Source of the DNA: Bacteriovoracaceae bacterium
GTDB taxonomy: Bacteria > Bdellovibrionota > Bacteriovoracia > Bacteriovoracales > Bacteriovoracaceae
Length of the DNA stretch: 64,000 nucleotides
Direction of reading: 5' to 3'
Assembly: GCA_965243145.1 (NCBI GenBank)
Contig: CBDEUB010000002.1
Coordinates: 878,354 to 942,353, forward strand
Shown here one piece after another: positions 1 to 9,392 of this stretch. Under the pieces are notes generated by a model. That model ran no database searches, was not told the origin of the DNA, and saw nothing but the letters and a program-made list of their open reading frames with translations. Position 1 is the first letter of the stretch, and each line of letters opens with the position of its first letter. The position numbers and the translations under genes were made by a program.

Positions 1-2
1 CC

Positions 3-236
3 TATCGAGGCGGCAATTGGCCAGGGGAATTGCCAGCAAAATTACAAGTGCCCCATATCCACCACTTTTTTGCCGGTGTCAGTGGGAGCGCGGAAAATCT
101 CATCAACAATGGGGGGCGGGTACTGGGCATCACCGCCACCGGAGACGACTTGCAACAGGCGCGCACCCGCGCTTACGCCGAAGTGGACAAGATTCACTTT
201 GAAGGGGCGCAATGGAGGGGAGACATTGGGCGGTGA
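3..236 (+). CDS. purD: phosphoribosylamine--glycine ligase, C-terminal end (5' part lies outside the window)
   Basis: The frame is open to the window edge. The tail GGRVLGITATGDDLQQARTRAYAEVDKIHFEGAQWRGDIG matches the conserved PurD C-terminus. It lies upstream of purN-L-Q-H-M. Confidence 0.85.
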   Translation, partial: YRGGNWPGELPAKLQVPHIHHFFAGVSGSAENLINNGGRVLGITATGDDLQQARTRAYAEVDKIHFEGAQWRGDIGR

Positions 237-247
237 AGACGGTTGAA

Positions 248-1237
248 TTATTCGCCGTCTTCATCGTCAATATCATCATCCAAGTTTTGGATTCGATGGG
301 AAAATACTTTGTGGAATGCCTCGGCCCTTTCTTGAAACCAGCCGAACAACTGAGGCCAGTTTTCTTCGTTTGTATAATCCATGGAATTATCATTATATTG
401 AACAATCCTGCTGGATTTTGGTAGCTCTTTCCAATCTAAGCTGGCATTTAATTCCGATTCTATCGAGTCTTTTTGTTTACTGAGAGATAGGAAGGCCTGC
501 TTTTCCTTTGATGATCTTATATCGAGGTAACACCTGGCCTTTTCTCTGGATGAATTTAATGCGAGGATTATACGGAAATTTGATTTGCCTATAGAAATAG
601 GATACCGAGACCGAGGCCAAGGTTGTTGAAGGCGAAGATTGGTAGATTTTTTTTTCATATCATCCCGAAATTCCGTCCAAAATTGCTTTCGCAATAATTT
701 TATTCCTGTCACCTCGCTGGCCTCTTTGGCCGATTTTATACTTCTGGCCCAATCATTTGGCCGTGAAATAAGGTTAAATTTGGGAGCAAGTTGAGAGTCG
801 CCTATCTTCCACAATTCTATTTCCAGGCCAAAAAATGCCACATCATCCGAAGTCTTTTCGTTGATCCAATCCAAAGTTTTTCTGTGTTCATCGTCAATTT
901 TTTCAGCAATCCATACAACTGTTTCCGCATCATAACCGGATGCATATGTCAGAAGCTGGCCCAAATGTTTGTGATCTGTTTTTTCAAGTTGGTTTTCAAT
1001 GACGACACAACGATCCGAATCCGAAGAAGTATCTTTTGCCAATATATCTACCTTGAATGACCCCACCGACTGTTCTGTACCTATAATTTCTAACTCTAAT
1101 CCAATTGCCTCCCCGAGCAGAGAGATATTTTTATCTTCGGCCAACCACGGAGTGAAGTCTTGGGCCTCGTCTTCCCAAAAATCTCTAAGGTCAACACGAG
1201 TTAGCTGTCCCAATTCACGGCCAGTTTTTTTATTCAC
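248..1237 (-). CDS. PD-(D/E)XK (NucS-like) nuclease domain protein with DUF4268-type C-terminal domain
   Basis: 329-aa ORF in AT-rich DNA. The nuclease-like core is FKVDILAKD...CVVIENQLEKTDHKHLGQLLTY (D...E-x-K). The C-terminal half (FWTEFRDDMKK..., RYPISIGKSNFRI) resembles DUF4268 proteins. It is convergent with purD. Confidence 0.6.
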   Translation of the reverse strand: MNKKTGRELGQLTRVDLRDFWEDEAQDFTPWLAEDKNISLLGEAIGLELEIIGTEQSVGSFKVDILAKDTSSDSDRCVVIENQLEKTDHKHLGQLLTYASGYDAETVVWIAEKIDDEHRKTLDWINEKTSDDVAFFGLEIELWKIGDSQLAPKFNLISRPNDWARSIKSAKEASEVTGIKLLRKQFWTEFRDDMKKKSTNLRLQQPWPRSRYPISIGKSNFRIILALNSSREKARCYLDIRSSKEKQAFLSLSKQKDSIESELNASLDWKELPKSSRIVQYNDNSMDYTNEENWPQLFGWFQERAEAFHKVFSHRIQNLDDDIDDEDGE

Positions 1238-1536
1238 CTTCTGGCCTCCCGTATAAAAGCAATCTGAACCATAGCTTAGATTATACCAAGCAAAAGGCCA
1301 AAATTATGTTGGAGGAAAATTTGATCCCCCTTTCGAGGATTTAAGAAACCCGCTCGAAAATTCAATTGCCATTAGTATAAACACACTGAGCAAATGAAGT
1401 TTATTTACAAAAAGAGATGCGGAGAGTCTCGATTTTACTGGGCGTAATATGCAATGATAAAAATGGAAAAAGGCCTTTCAAACTTGGTTTGACTTTAATT
1501 TATCGAGATGCTATTTAGAAACTCTCAAGTTGGAAA

Positions 1537-2634
1537 TTGCCCAACCAAAGAACGGACTTATTTGTGATCGACGATTTTTATAAAAGATTTTCTGAAGAAA
1601 CAGAGGAAAAATTAAAATTATTTTCCTACTACCTAAAAGAATGGTTCCCTGTCTTTCTTAAAACTCCAGTAAGACAAATTAGAATTATTGATCTTTTTTG
1701 TGGCCCAGGAAAAGATGAAACGGGAAAAGAAGGGAGTCCCTTTAAAATAATAGAGGTTATGGACAGTTTTAATAGAGAACACAATCAAGATTTTAAATCT
1801 AAAAAAATTGAAATTTTGTTTAATGATAAAAAATTACGCCACATAGAAAAATTAAAACAAGATATTAACAACAATGAAAATATCTCTAAAGAAGTAAAAA
1901 ATATGATCGTTTATAAAAATCGTGAATTTAAAGAATTATTTTCTGAGATAAAGGAAGATTTAAAGACCTCGGCCAATCTTATATTTTTAGATCAATTTGG
2001 CATAAAAGAAGTTACCAAAGATATTTTTAAAAACCTTTTTAAAATACCCAAAACGGATTTTATATTTTTCATCTCTTCCAGTAGCGTGAAAAGATTTTTT
2101 GATCAAGACGAATTTCAAGAAGTGTGGTGGATGAATAGAGAAGATATTAAAAAATCAGAACTAAAAAATATACACCGAATTATTACAGAAGAATATAAAC
2201 AATTGGCCCCACAGGATGCTTATGTTATTCCCTTTACGCTAAAAAAAGAAACGAATATTTATGGCCTTATTTTTTGCTCTAAACACATTCTGGCCGCTGA
2301 CAAGTTTTTACATATTGCATGGAAAGAAAATTTTTTAAATGGGGAAGCAAATTTTGATATTGACGAGGACGAACAGCAACAATTAAGTTTACTAGAGAAA
2401 AAACTAACAAAGATAGAGGCCTTTGAAAATAGACTTGAAAAAGAAATACTTGCAAGAAAAATTACCAATAATATAAACGCTTACAAATTTACTATTTCAA
2501 ACGGATTTCTTCCTAAACACGCAAAAAAAGTTATTATTAAATTAAAAAACGATGACCATATTAAATTTGACGGCCGTTTAACCTTAACTTACAAATCATG
2601 CATAAAGAACCAAAATGGACAGGTTTTTTATTAA
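1537..2634 (+). CDS. tcmP: three-Cys-motif partner protein (TcmP-like), Rossmann/methyltransferase-like
   Basis: 365-aa ORF with an alternative (TTG) start. The N-terminal region is KLKLFSYYLKEWFPVFL...IRIIDLFCGPGKDE, where DLFCGPG resembles SAM-MTase motif I. It lies directly upstream of a Gp37/Gp68 (DUF5131) gene, which is the defining context of TcmP. Confidence 0.6.
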   Translation: MPNQRTDLFVIDDFYKRFSEETEEKLKLFSYYLKEWFPVFLKTPVRQIRIIDLFCGPGKDETGKEGSPFKIIEVMDSFNREHNQDFKSKKIEILFNDKKLRHIEKLKQDINNNENISKEVKNMIVYKNREFKELFSEIKEDLKTSANLIFLDQFGIKEVTKDIFKNLFKIPKTDFIFFISSSSVKRFFDQDEFQEVWWMNREDIKKSELKNIHRIITEEYKQLAPQDAYVIPFTLKKETNIYGLIFCSKHILAADKFLHIAWKENFLNGEANFDIDEDEQQQLSLLEKKLTKIEAFENRLEKEILARKITNNINAYKFTISNGFLPKHAKKVIIKLKNDDHIKFDGRLTLTYKSCIKNQNGQVFY

Positions 2635-2652
2635 CAAGGAGGTCAATGAAAA

Positions 2653-3372
2653 ATGGCAACATTATCAAACATTGAATGGACTGAGGCCACATGGAATCCC
2701 TTAACTGGATGTAATAAGATCAGTCTTGGTTGCAAAAATTGTTATGCGGAAAAAATGTCTTATCGATTGCAAAATATGGGGCAATACAACTATAGAAATG
2801 GATTTCAACTCACTATGCATGAACATGCTCTTGAAATACCTCTAAAATGGATAAGGCCAAGAATTATTTTTGTAAATTCTATGAGTGACTTGTTCCATCA
2901 AGATGTTCCAATTCCCTTTATAAAAAAAGTTTTCAAAGTTATGAACCGCTGTCCCCAACACCAATTCCAGGTTTTGACAAAGAGGGCGGATAGATTAGAA
3001 GAACTCTCTTCAAAATTGAATTGGACACACAATATTTGGATGGGTGTTAGCATAGAAACGCAAGATTATAAGTTTAGAATTGATCACCTTTTAAAAACAA
3101 AGGCCAAAGTGAAATTTTTGTCTCTTGAACCTTTACTTGGGCCACTGCCAAGATTGAAATTAAAAGGGATCGATTGGGTTATTGTTGGCGGGGAATCGGG
3201 AACAAATGCACGCCCCATAAAACCAGATTGGGTCATTCAAATTAAAAACCAATGTGTTAATAAAAAAACTCCTTTCTTTTTCAAGCAATGGGGAGGAGTT
3301 AGAAAACACAAAACTGGACGCCTTTTAGAAGGGCGGACTTGGAATGAAATGCCTGTTTTAATCACCCCATAA
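2653..3372 (+). CDS. DUF5131 / phage Gp37-Gp68 family three-Cys protein
   Basis: The N-terminus NIEWTEATWNPLTGCNKISLGCKNCYAEKM is the family signature (IEWT..TWNP.xGC-x6-C-x2-C). WVIVGGESG and FFFKQWGG are also typical. A GGAGG RBS lies 8 nt upstream. Confidence 0.8.
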   Translation: MATLSNIEWTEATWNPLTGCNKISLGCKNCYAEKMSYRLQNMGQYNYRNGFQLTMHEHALEIPLKWIRPRIIFVNSMSDLFHQDVPIPFIKKVFKVMNRCPQHQFQVLTKRADRLEELSSKLNWTHNIWMGVSIETQDYKFRIDHLLKTKAKVKFLSLEPLLGPLPRLKLKGIDWVIVGGESGTNARPIKPDWVIQIKNQCVNKKTPFFFKQWGGVRKHKTGRLLEGRTWNEMPVLITP

Positions 3373-3382
3373 ATTTGATAAC

Positions 3383-4045
3383 TTGGGAGAACACGCTATA
3401 GTGAACACTCACAATCCAGCTTGTTTTATTCTGGCCTCAGGCCGGGGAGGCCACGCCGAGAATTTGGCCACTCTCTCCCTGGAGCGCGGTTTTGACTTCC
3501 GCGGACTGGTGAGCGACCGCGCCTCCGCTCCGGTGCTCGCGCGCATGCAACGACTCGAAGTTCCCCACTGGTGTGTGCCCTTTCCCGATTCCCAGCAGGG
3601 AACACTGGCGGAACGCCGCCGGAACCACGAGGCCCAAGTTTTGCAAATCGTCCGCGGCCATTCGGCGGGGGCGGGCAAAATTTGGATTTTCTTGGCGGGC
3701 TACAAACGCCTTTTATCGGGCCAATTTTTGCGCGCCTTCTTCGATCCCGATCTCAAGATGTGCCGGGTGGTCAATGTCCACCCCTCCCTACTCCCCCGCT
3801 TTCCCGGCCTCAACGCCTACGCACAAGCACACCGGGCGGGAGTCACCGAGAGTGGCCATACCATTCACTTTGTCGACGAGGGCATGGACACTGGGCCAAT
3901 GATCTCTCAAGAAAAATTCCAAGTCCCCCCCCAGTGCAGTTTGGCCGAGTTTGAGGCCCGAGGTTTGGCCCTGGAATACCGGGCCTATGCCCAGGTCTTC
4001 GAGTCGATTATGAGCGGGCGCTTTCACTGGAAAGGGGGATCATAG
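3383..4045 (+). CDS. purN: phosphoribosylglycinamide formyltransferase
   Basis: Motifs FILASGRGGHAENL and VVNVHPSLLPRFPGLNAYAQAHRAGVTESGHTIHFVDEGMDTGPMISQ. The start codon is uncertain (TTG at 3383 or GTG at 3401). Confidence 0.85.
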   Translation: MGEHAIVNTHNPACFILASGRGGHAENLATLSLERGFDFRGLVSDRASAPVLARMQRLEVPHWCVPFPDSQQGTLAERRRNHEAQVLQIVRGHSAGAGKIWIFLAGYKRLLSGQFLRAFFDPDLKMCRVVNVHPSLLPRFPGLNAYAQAHRAGVTESGHTIHFVDEGMDTGPMISQEKFQVPPQCSLAEFEARGLALEYRAYAQVFESIMSGRFHWKGGS

Positions 4046-7000
4046 TGTCCCAGTGGCCCATCTTGCATCGGTTTGAAGTGTGGCCGCTTTTTGGCGATCG
4101 CCGCCGGGGACGGTTTTATAAAATCATGCTGGAAGAAGGCCCATCAGAAAGCATAAAGGCCAAATTGGCAGAATGCTTCTTTGATCCCCAACAGGAAAAA
4201 CTCCACTGGAGTGACTACCCCTTGCCCGAAAACATTTCCCATGTGGTGGAAGTTGAATACCGCCCGGGAGTGACCGACAACACTGGCCGCCAGGCGGAGG
4301 AAATCCTGTCCCTTTTGCAAATGAAAGGGCGGGTGTATTCGGGGCGTTTAATTTTGTTGGAGGGAGAATCTGAAGGCAAACGCCCGGAAGACTTTGGCAA
4401 CCCCTTGATCGAAAATATCCAAATTGATGAGCGCCACCAATTTGAACGGCGGCGACGCTTTCAAAATATCACGCTGCCACTGGTTCACCGGGAGTGCGCG
4501 CAGGATCGCCACTGCGAAAACTCCGCCATTCCCCTGAATGTGAGCGATACCGAACTGGAAGAATTGTCCCGCCGCGGGTGTCTGGCCTTAAACCTGGAAG
4601 AGATGAAGGCCATCCGCGCCCACTTTGAAGGCCAAAAGGTGGCCAGCGATCGCCGCCGGCGCGGCCTGCCCAAATGGCCCACTCAATTGGAATTGGAAGT
4701 CATCGCCCAAACCTGGTCGGAACATTGCAAGCACAAAATTTTCGCCGCCCAAATCCACTACAGCGAGGGCGAATTTGAGCACTACCGCAAACTAGGGCAA
4801 TGCACAGTCAACGGCCTCTACCCCGAATGGATCAAGCGACTGACCGGAGAAGTGATCGAAGAACGCCAACTCACCTGGGCGCGTTCCGTGTTCAGCGACA
4901 ATGCGGGAGTGGTGCGCTTTGACTCCAACATCGACCTTTGCATTAAAGTTGAAACCCACAACGCCCCCTCGGCCCTCGACCCCTTCGCCGGGGCCTTGAC
5001 CGGCATTTTGGGAGTCAACCGCGACATTTTGGGTTGCGGGATGGGGGCCAGGCCAATCGCCAACACCGATGTCTTTTGCGTGGCCAGTGCAAATCTTCCC
5101 TCGCGCGCCGGTGAAGCATCCCTACCGGCGGGAATCCCCCTGCCGGGGCCATTGCTCCAAGGTGTCCACCGCGGGGTTCAAGAGGGGGGCAATAAGAGCG
5201 GCATCCCCACCGTAGGCGGGGCCATATTCTTTGACGACAACTACGCGGGCAGGCCACTGGTCTTCTGTGGCACTGTGGGAGTGTTGCCTCAAACCCTGCC
5301 CGATGGCCACTTGGGCACTCGCAAAGGCGCACAAAAAGGCGACCTCATCGTCGTCATCGGCGGGGCGGTGGGTGCAGACGGCATCCACGGGGCAACTTTC
5401 AGTTCCCTGGAACTCGGCCCCGACTCCCCCACCTCGGCGGTGCAAATCGGCGACCCCATCACCCAAAAGCGCGTCCACGATTTTTTAATGCAAGCGCGGG
5501 ACGCGTGCCTCTACAACTGCATCACCGACAACGGGGCGGGAGGCCTGTCCAGTTCAGTGGGAGAGATGGCCACCATCACCAACGGGGCACGCCTCGACTT
5601 GGCCGCCTGCCCGCTCAAATATGATGGCCTCGCCCCCTGGGAAATCATGGTTTCCGAGAGCCAGGAGCGCATGACTCTGGCAGTACCCCCGCACTGCTGG
5701 GAAGACTTTTCCCGCTTGGCCAAAGGCCATGGCGTCGCCGCCCACCGTTTGGGAGAGTTTCACGACAGTGGCCGCTTGGAAGTGTACTTTGGAGAAAACC
5801 TAGTGGGCCTTATCGACCTGTCCTTTCTACACCAAGGTGTTCCCACCATGCAACTGACGGCCCTTTGGGATGGCCCCAGGGAGCGCCCGGCCTGGTATCC
5901 CCCGCAGATCAAACCTCCATTGCACCAATCAGACTTAAAAGAGGCCCTGCTGCAAGTTTTGGCCTGTGAAACCGTCGCCAGCAAGGCGGCGTGGATCGAG
6001 CAATACGACCACGAAGTTCAGGCCGCCACCTACACCAAACCCCTGGTGGGCGAAAACCAGCGGGTGCCCGGCGACGGGGCGGTGTTGGGCCTGGCCCCCC
6101 ACGGAGGCGAAGAAAACAACGGCATCGCCCTTGGCCACGGCCTGGCCCCGCGCCTGAGTTTGCACGACCCCTATATCATGGCCCAATACAGTGTGGACGA
6201 GGCGGTTCGCAATGCAGTGGCGGCGGGGGGAGATATAAAAACCCTGTGCCTGTTGGACAACTTCTGTTGGCCCAACCCGGTGGAAAGCGAGAGCAACCCC
6301 GAGGGGGCCTATCACTTGGGCCAACTGGTGCGCGCCTGCCGGGGACTCTACAGCATTGGCCGCGCCTACGGCACCCCACTGGTCAGCGGCAAGGACAGCA
6401 TGAAAAACAATTTTCAAGGGCGCGACCGCTCGGGAAGGCCCCTCAACATGGCCATATTGCCCACCCTGCTGGTCACCGCCATGGCCAAAACCGATGTGCG
6501 CGCCACCACCACTCCCGAATTTCAAAACCCCGGTGATGTGGTCTATTGTCTGGGGGGTGCAGGGGATCAAACCCTACTGGGCAGCGAATTGAGCGAATTG
6601 TTCGACCTCCCCGGCGCATACCTCTCCCCCCTGCCCGATTTGCAGGCCGCCGATCTGGCCCGCAATGTGCGCCTGTACCAAACCTTTCACGCCTCCCTGC
6701 ATGCCGGAGAAATTCAAAGTTGCCACGATGTCAGTGACGGGGGCCTGATCACCGCCCTGTGCGAAGGCCTGTTTGAAGGCGGACTGGGGTTGGAATTGCG
6801 AGGAGAAGTGCGGGGCGCTCTGCCCTCCCTCTTCCACCAAGGCCCCGGACGCCTGGTGGTCAGCGTGGCCCCTTCACAAGTACAAGCCTTTGAACAGCGC
6901 TTTGCCGACCTCCCCAAACAAAAGTGGGGCGTGGTCAGTGACAGCGAAGAAGTGCGCTTGAACTTGCGCGATTTGGACAACGGCAAAACCTGGAACTGGC

Positions 7001-7050
7001 GCTTTCCCGTGCCAGAACTCTATCGGGCCTGGAGGCAAACATGGCCCTAA
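4045..7050 (+). CDS. purL: phosphoribosylformylglycinamidine synthase subunit PurL with PurS-like N-terminal domain
   Basis: 1001 aa. PurL motifs include QTWSEHCKHKIF, VETHNAPSALDPFAGA and GKDSMKN. The first ~120 aa (VEVEYRPGVTDNTGRQAEEIL) look PurS-like. The gene overlaps purN (ATAGTG) and purQ. Confidence 0.9.
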   Translation: MSQWPILHRFEVWPLFGDRRRGRFYKIMLEEGPSESIKAKLAECFFDPQQEKLHWSDYPLPENISHVVEVEYRPGVTDNTGRQAEEILSLLQMKGRVYSGRLILLEGESEGKRPEDFGNPLIENIQIDERHQFERRRRFQNITLPLVHRECAQDRHCENSAIPLNVSDTELEELSRRGCLALNLEEMKAIRAHFEGQKVASDRRRRGLPKWPTQLELEVIAQTWSEHCKHKIFAAQIHYSEGEFEHYRKLGQCTVNGLYPEWIKRLTGEVIEERQLTWARSVFSDNAGVVRFDSNIDLCIKVETHNAPSALDPFAGALTGILGVNRDILGCGMGARPIANTDVFCVASANLPSRAGEASLPAGIPLPGPLLQGVHRGVQEGGNKSGIPTVGGAIFFDDNYAGRPLVFCGTVGVLPQTLPDGHLGTRKGAQKGDLIVVIGGAVGADGIHGATFSSLELGPDSPTSAVQIGDPITQKRVHDFLMQARDACLYNCITDNGAGGLSSSVGEMATITNGARLDLAACPLKYDGLAPWEIMVSESQERMTLAVPPHCWEDFSRLAKGHGVAAHRLGEFHDSGRLEVYFGENLVGLIDLSFLHQGVPTMQLTALWDGPRERPAWYPPQIKPPLHQSDLKEALLQVLACETVASKAAWIEQYDHEVQAATYTKPLVGENQRVPGDGAVLGLAPHGGEENNGIALGHGLAPRLSLHDPYIMAQYSVDEAVRNAVAAGGDIKTLCLLDNFCWPNPVESESNPEGAYHLGQLVRACRGLYSIGRAYGTPLVSGKDSMKNNFQGRDRSGRPLNMAILPTLLVTAMAKTDVRATTTPEFQNPGDVVYCLGGAGDQTLLGSELSELFDLPGAYLSPLPDLQAADLARNVRLYQTFHASLHAGEIQSCHDVSDGGLITALCEGLFEGGLGLELRGEVRGALPSLFHQGPGRLVVSVAPSQVQAFEQRFADLPKQKWGVVSDSEEVRLNLRDLDNGKTWNWRFPVPELYRAWRQTWP

Positions 7051-7793
7051 AAGGAATCGCCACCCCTCAATTCCTGGTACTCTCCGGCGAGGGCATCAAC
7101 TGCGAGCGGGAAACCGCCGCCGCCCTGGAGCGCGCCGGGGCCAAAGCGCAGATCGTCCCCCTCTCCCGTTTTTTACAGCGGGATTTTCACGCCGGCGATT
7201 ACCAAGGCCTGATTTTACCCGGGGGGTTTAGCTTTGGCGACGAGTTGGGCCCAGGCCAAATCCTGGCGCTCAAAATGCGCCACCTCAAGCAGCGCCTTCT
7301 CGATCATTTTATTATGTTACAAAAACCCATTTTGGGCATCTGCAACGGTTTTCAGGTGCTCACCAAGCTGGGCATTTTACCCGGGGGAACTGGCCACTGT
7401 GGAGAGTTTCAGGCCACACTGGCACCCAATGCGAGCGGGCGCTTTATCAACCGCTGGGTAAAACTGCGCGTCCATCCCGATAGCAATTGCCTGTGGACGC
7501 GGGGAATGGAATCTTTGCGCCTGCCCATCCGCCACGGAGAGGGGCGGTTGGTGCTCAAGCGGGACTCTTACAAAGACTTGGAGAGAAACGGACAGATCCC
7601 CTTGCAATATGTGGAAGAAGTCAACGGCTCCGACTACAATATCGCTGGCCTGTGTGGCCCTTCAGGCCACATTTTGGGACTGATGCCCCACCCGGAAGCG
7701 GCGGCCAGTCCCCACACCTACCCCTCGCGGGAGAATTTGGCACCGGGGCAACAGTTATTTGACAATATGGTGAACACTCTTCAACAATCCTGA
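7041..7793 (+). CDS. purQ: phosphoribosylformylglycinamidine synthase subunit PurQ (glutaminase)
   Basis: Motifs LPGGFSFGDE, ILGICNGFQVLTKLGILPG and MPHPE (a class-I amidotransferase triad context). Confidence 0.9.
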   Translation: MALKGIATPQFLVLSGEGINCERETAAALERAGAKAQIVPLSRFLQRDFHAGDYQGLILPGGFSFGDELGPGQILALKMRHLKQRLLDHFIMLQKPILGICNGFQVLTKLGILPGGTGHCGEFQATLAPNASGRFINRWVKLRVHPDSNCLWTRGMESLRLPIRHGEGRLVLKRDSYKDLERNGQIPLQYVEEVNGSDYNIAGLCGPSGHILGLMPHPEAAASPHTYPSRENLAPGQQLFDNMVNTLQQS

Positions 7794-7804
7794 CGGGAGG
7801 AAAT

Positions 7805-9376
7805 ATGCCAACAATCAAACGCGCGCTATTCAGCACTTACGACAAAAATGGCATCGCGGATTTGGCCCAATGCCTGGCCAGTGCGGGAGTCGAATTGATC
7901 GCCAGCGGGGGCACTGCCACCCACCTGCGCCAGGCGAATCTCGCCATCACCCCGTTAGAAGACATTAGCGGCAATCCTGAGGCCTTCTCTGGCCGAGTGA
8001 AAACTTTGAGCTTTGCCATCGCCGCCAGCTTGCTCTTCCGCCGCCACTCCCCGGCGGATGTAAGCGAGGCCGAGCGCTTAGGGATCGCCCCCATCGACCT
8101 GGTGGTGTGCAACTTTTATCCCTTTAAAGAGGCCATGGAGCGCGGGGCGGAGTGGGAAGAATTGATCGAGTTTATCGACATCGGAGGGCCAACACTCCTG
8201 CGGGCGGCGGCCAAAAACCACCGGGCGGTCACAGTCCTGTGCCACTCAGGCCAATACGCCGACTTTCAAAAACTCTTCACCGAGAGCGGAGGAAGCACTG
8301 AAGAGGGCGCGCGCCGGGCGTGGGCCATAGAGGCCTTCCAGTACAGCGCCGACTACGAAGAAAGCATCGCCTTTCACCTGGCCGAACGCTCATCGGATTC
8401 CAGCGAAGATTCTCCCCAAGGATGGATGCCTTTACGCTATGGAGAGAACCCCCACCAACGCGCCTGGGTAGTGCCCCAGAGTGATGCCGCCACCCTGGCC
8501 AACATTGTGCCCTTGCAGGGCAAGGCCCTAAGCTACAACAATTTTTTGGACGCCGACGCCGCCTGGAGGTGTGTTAGCGATTTGGGCCTGGTGGCCCGCG
8601 CGAACGGAGGGCCTCACACTCACGCCGCCGTGGTGGCCAAACACTGCAACCCCTGCGGGGCGGCCCTGGCCTCTTCTCCCGTCGATGCCCTGGAATCGGC
8701 CTGGGCGGGCGATCCCATGTCCGCTTTCGGTTCCATCGTCGCCCTCAACTGCGCGGTGGACGAAGCGGCCGCCACCTGGATTTGTGAACGCTTTGTAGAA
8801 GTGGTTTTGGCACCTAATTTTTCCCCCGGCGCGCGCGAACTTCTCAAGGCAAAAAAAAACCTGCGCCTGCTGCCGCTCAAACCCTGTGACAACTCCAGTG
8901 CCATATTCCTCTCCAGAAGCATTGACGGCGGCCAACTGGTGCAGGAAGAAGACGCGGGGTTTGAGGAAGAATTGCGCTGGGTGGCCCGCCAAACTGCGGC
9001 CGACACTCCCGAGGTTTTATTCCGCTTTGGCCTAGCGGCAGTCAAACACCTGCGCAGCAACGCCATCGCCCTGGTGGCGCAAACTGAGCGCGGAATCCAA
9101 ATGGTGGGGGCGGGCATGGGCAACCCCAACCGCCTGGCCAGTCTCGAACAGGCCGCCGCCAAGGCCCGTCAAAATGGATGGGACGACCTGAGTGCGACTG
9201 TTTTGATCAGTGACGCTTTTTTTCCCTTTCAAGACAGCATCGAACTGGCCCACCAGTACGGCATTAAAACCATTGTCCAACCCGGCGGAGGCCGGCGCGA
9301 AAGCGAAGTGATCGAGTGTTGCGACAAACTCGGCATCGCCATGGCCCTCACTGGCCGCCGTCACTTCCGCCACTAA
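7805..9376 (+). CDS. purH: bifunctional AICAR transformylase / IMP cyclohydrolase
   Basis: N-terminus KRALFSTYDKNGIADLAQCLASAGVELIASGGTA. The C-terminus VQPGG..RESEVIECCDKLGIAMALTGRRHFRH is canonical PurH. Confidence 0.95.
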   Translation: MPTIKRALFSTYDKNGIADLAQCLASAGVELIASGGTATHLRQANLAITPLEDISGNPEAFSGRVKTLSFAIAASLLFRRHSPADVSEAERLGIAPIDLVVCNFYPFKEAMERGAEWEELIEFIDIGGPTLLRAAAKNHRAVTVLCHSGQYADFQKLFTESGGSTEEGARRAWAIEAFQYSADYEESIAFHLAERSSDSSEDSPQGWMPLRYGENPHQRAWVVPQSDAATLANIVPLQGKALSYNNFLDADAAWRCVSDLGLVARANGGPHTHAAVVAKHCNPCGAALASSPVDALESAWAGDPMSAFGSIVALNCAVDEAAATWICERFVEVVLAPNFSPGARELLKAKKNLRLLPLKPCDNSSAIFLSRSIDGGQLVQEEDAGFEEELRWVARQTAADTPEVLFRFGLAAVKHLRSNAIALVAQTERGIQMVGAGMGNPNRLASLEQAAAKARQNGWDDLSATVLISDAFFPFQDSIELAHQYGIKTIVQPGGGRRESEVIECCDKLGIAMALTGRRHFRH

Positions 9377-9392
9377 CTAAGGGAAAATCACC

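Noticed and set aside
234-262. A possible bidirectional terminator hairpin GAAGACGG-n-CCGTCTTC between purD and the nuclease gene.
   Set aside because: It has only an 8-bp stem with a 12-13-nt loop, no U-tract, and its right arm lies inside the 248-1237 coding sequence. The evidence is too weak to call.
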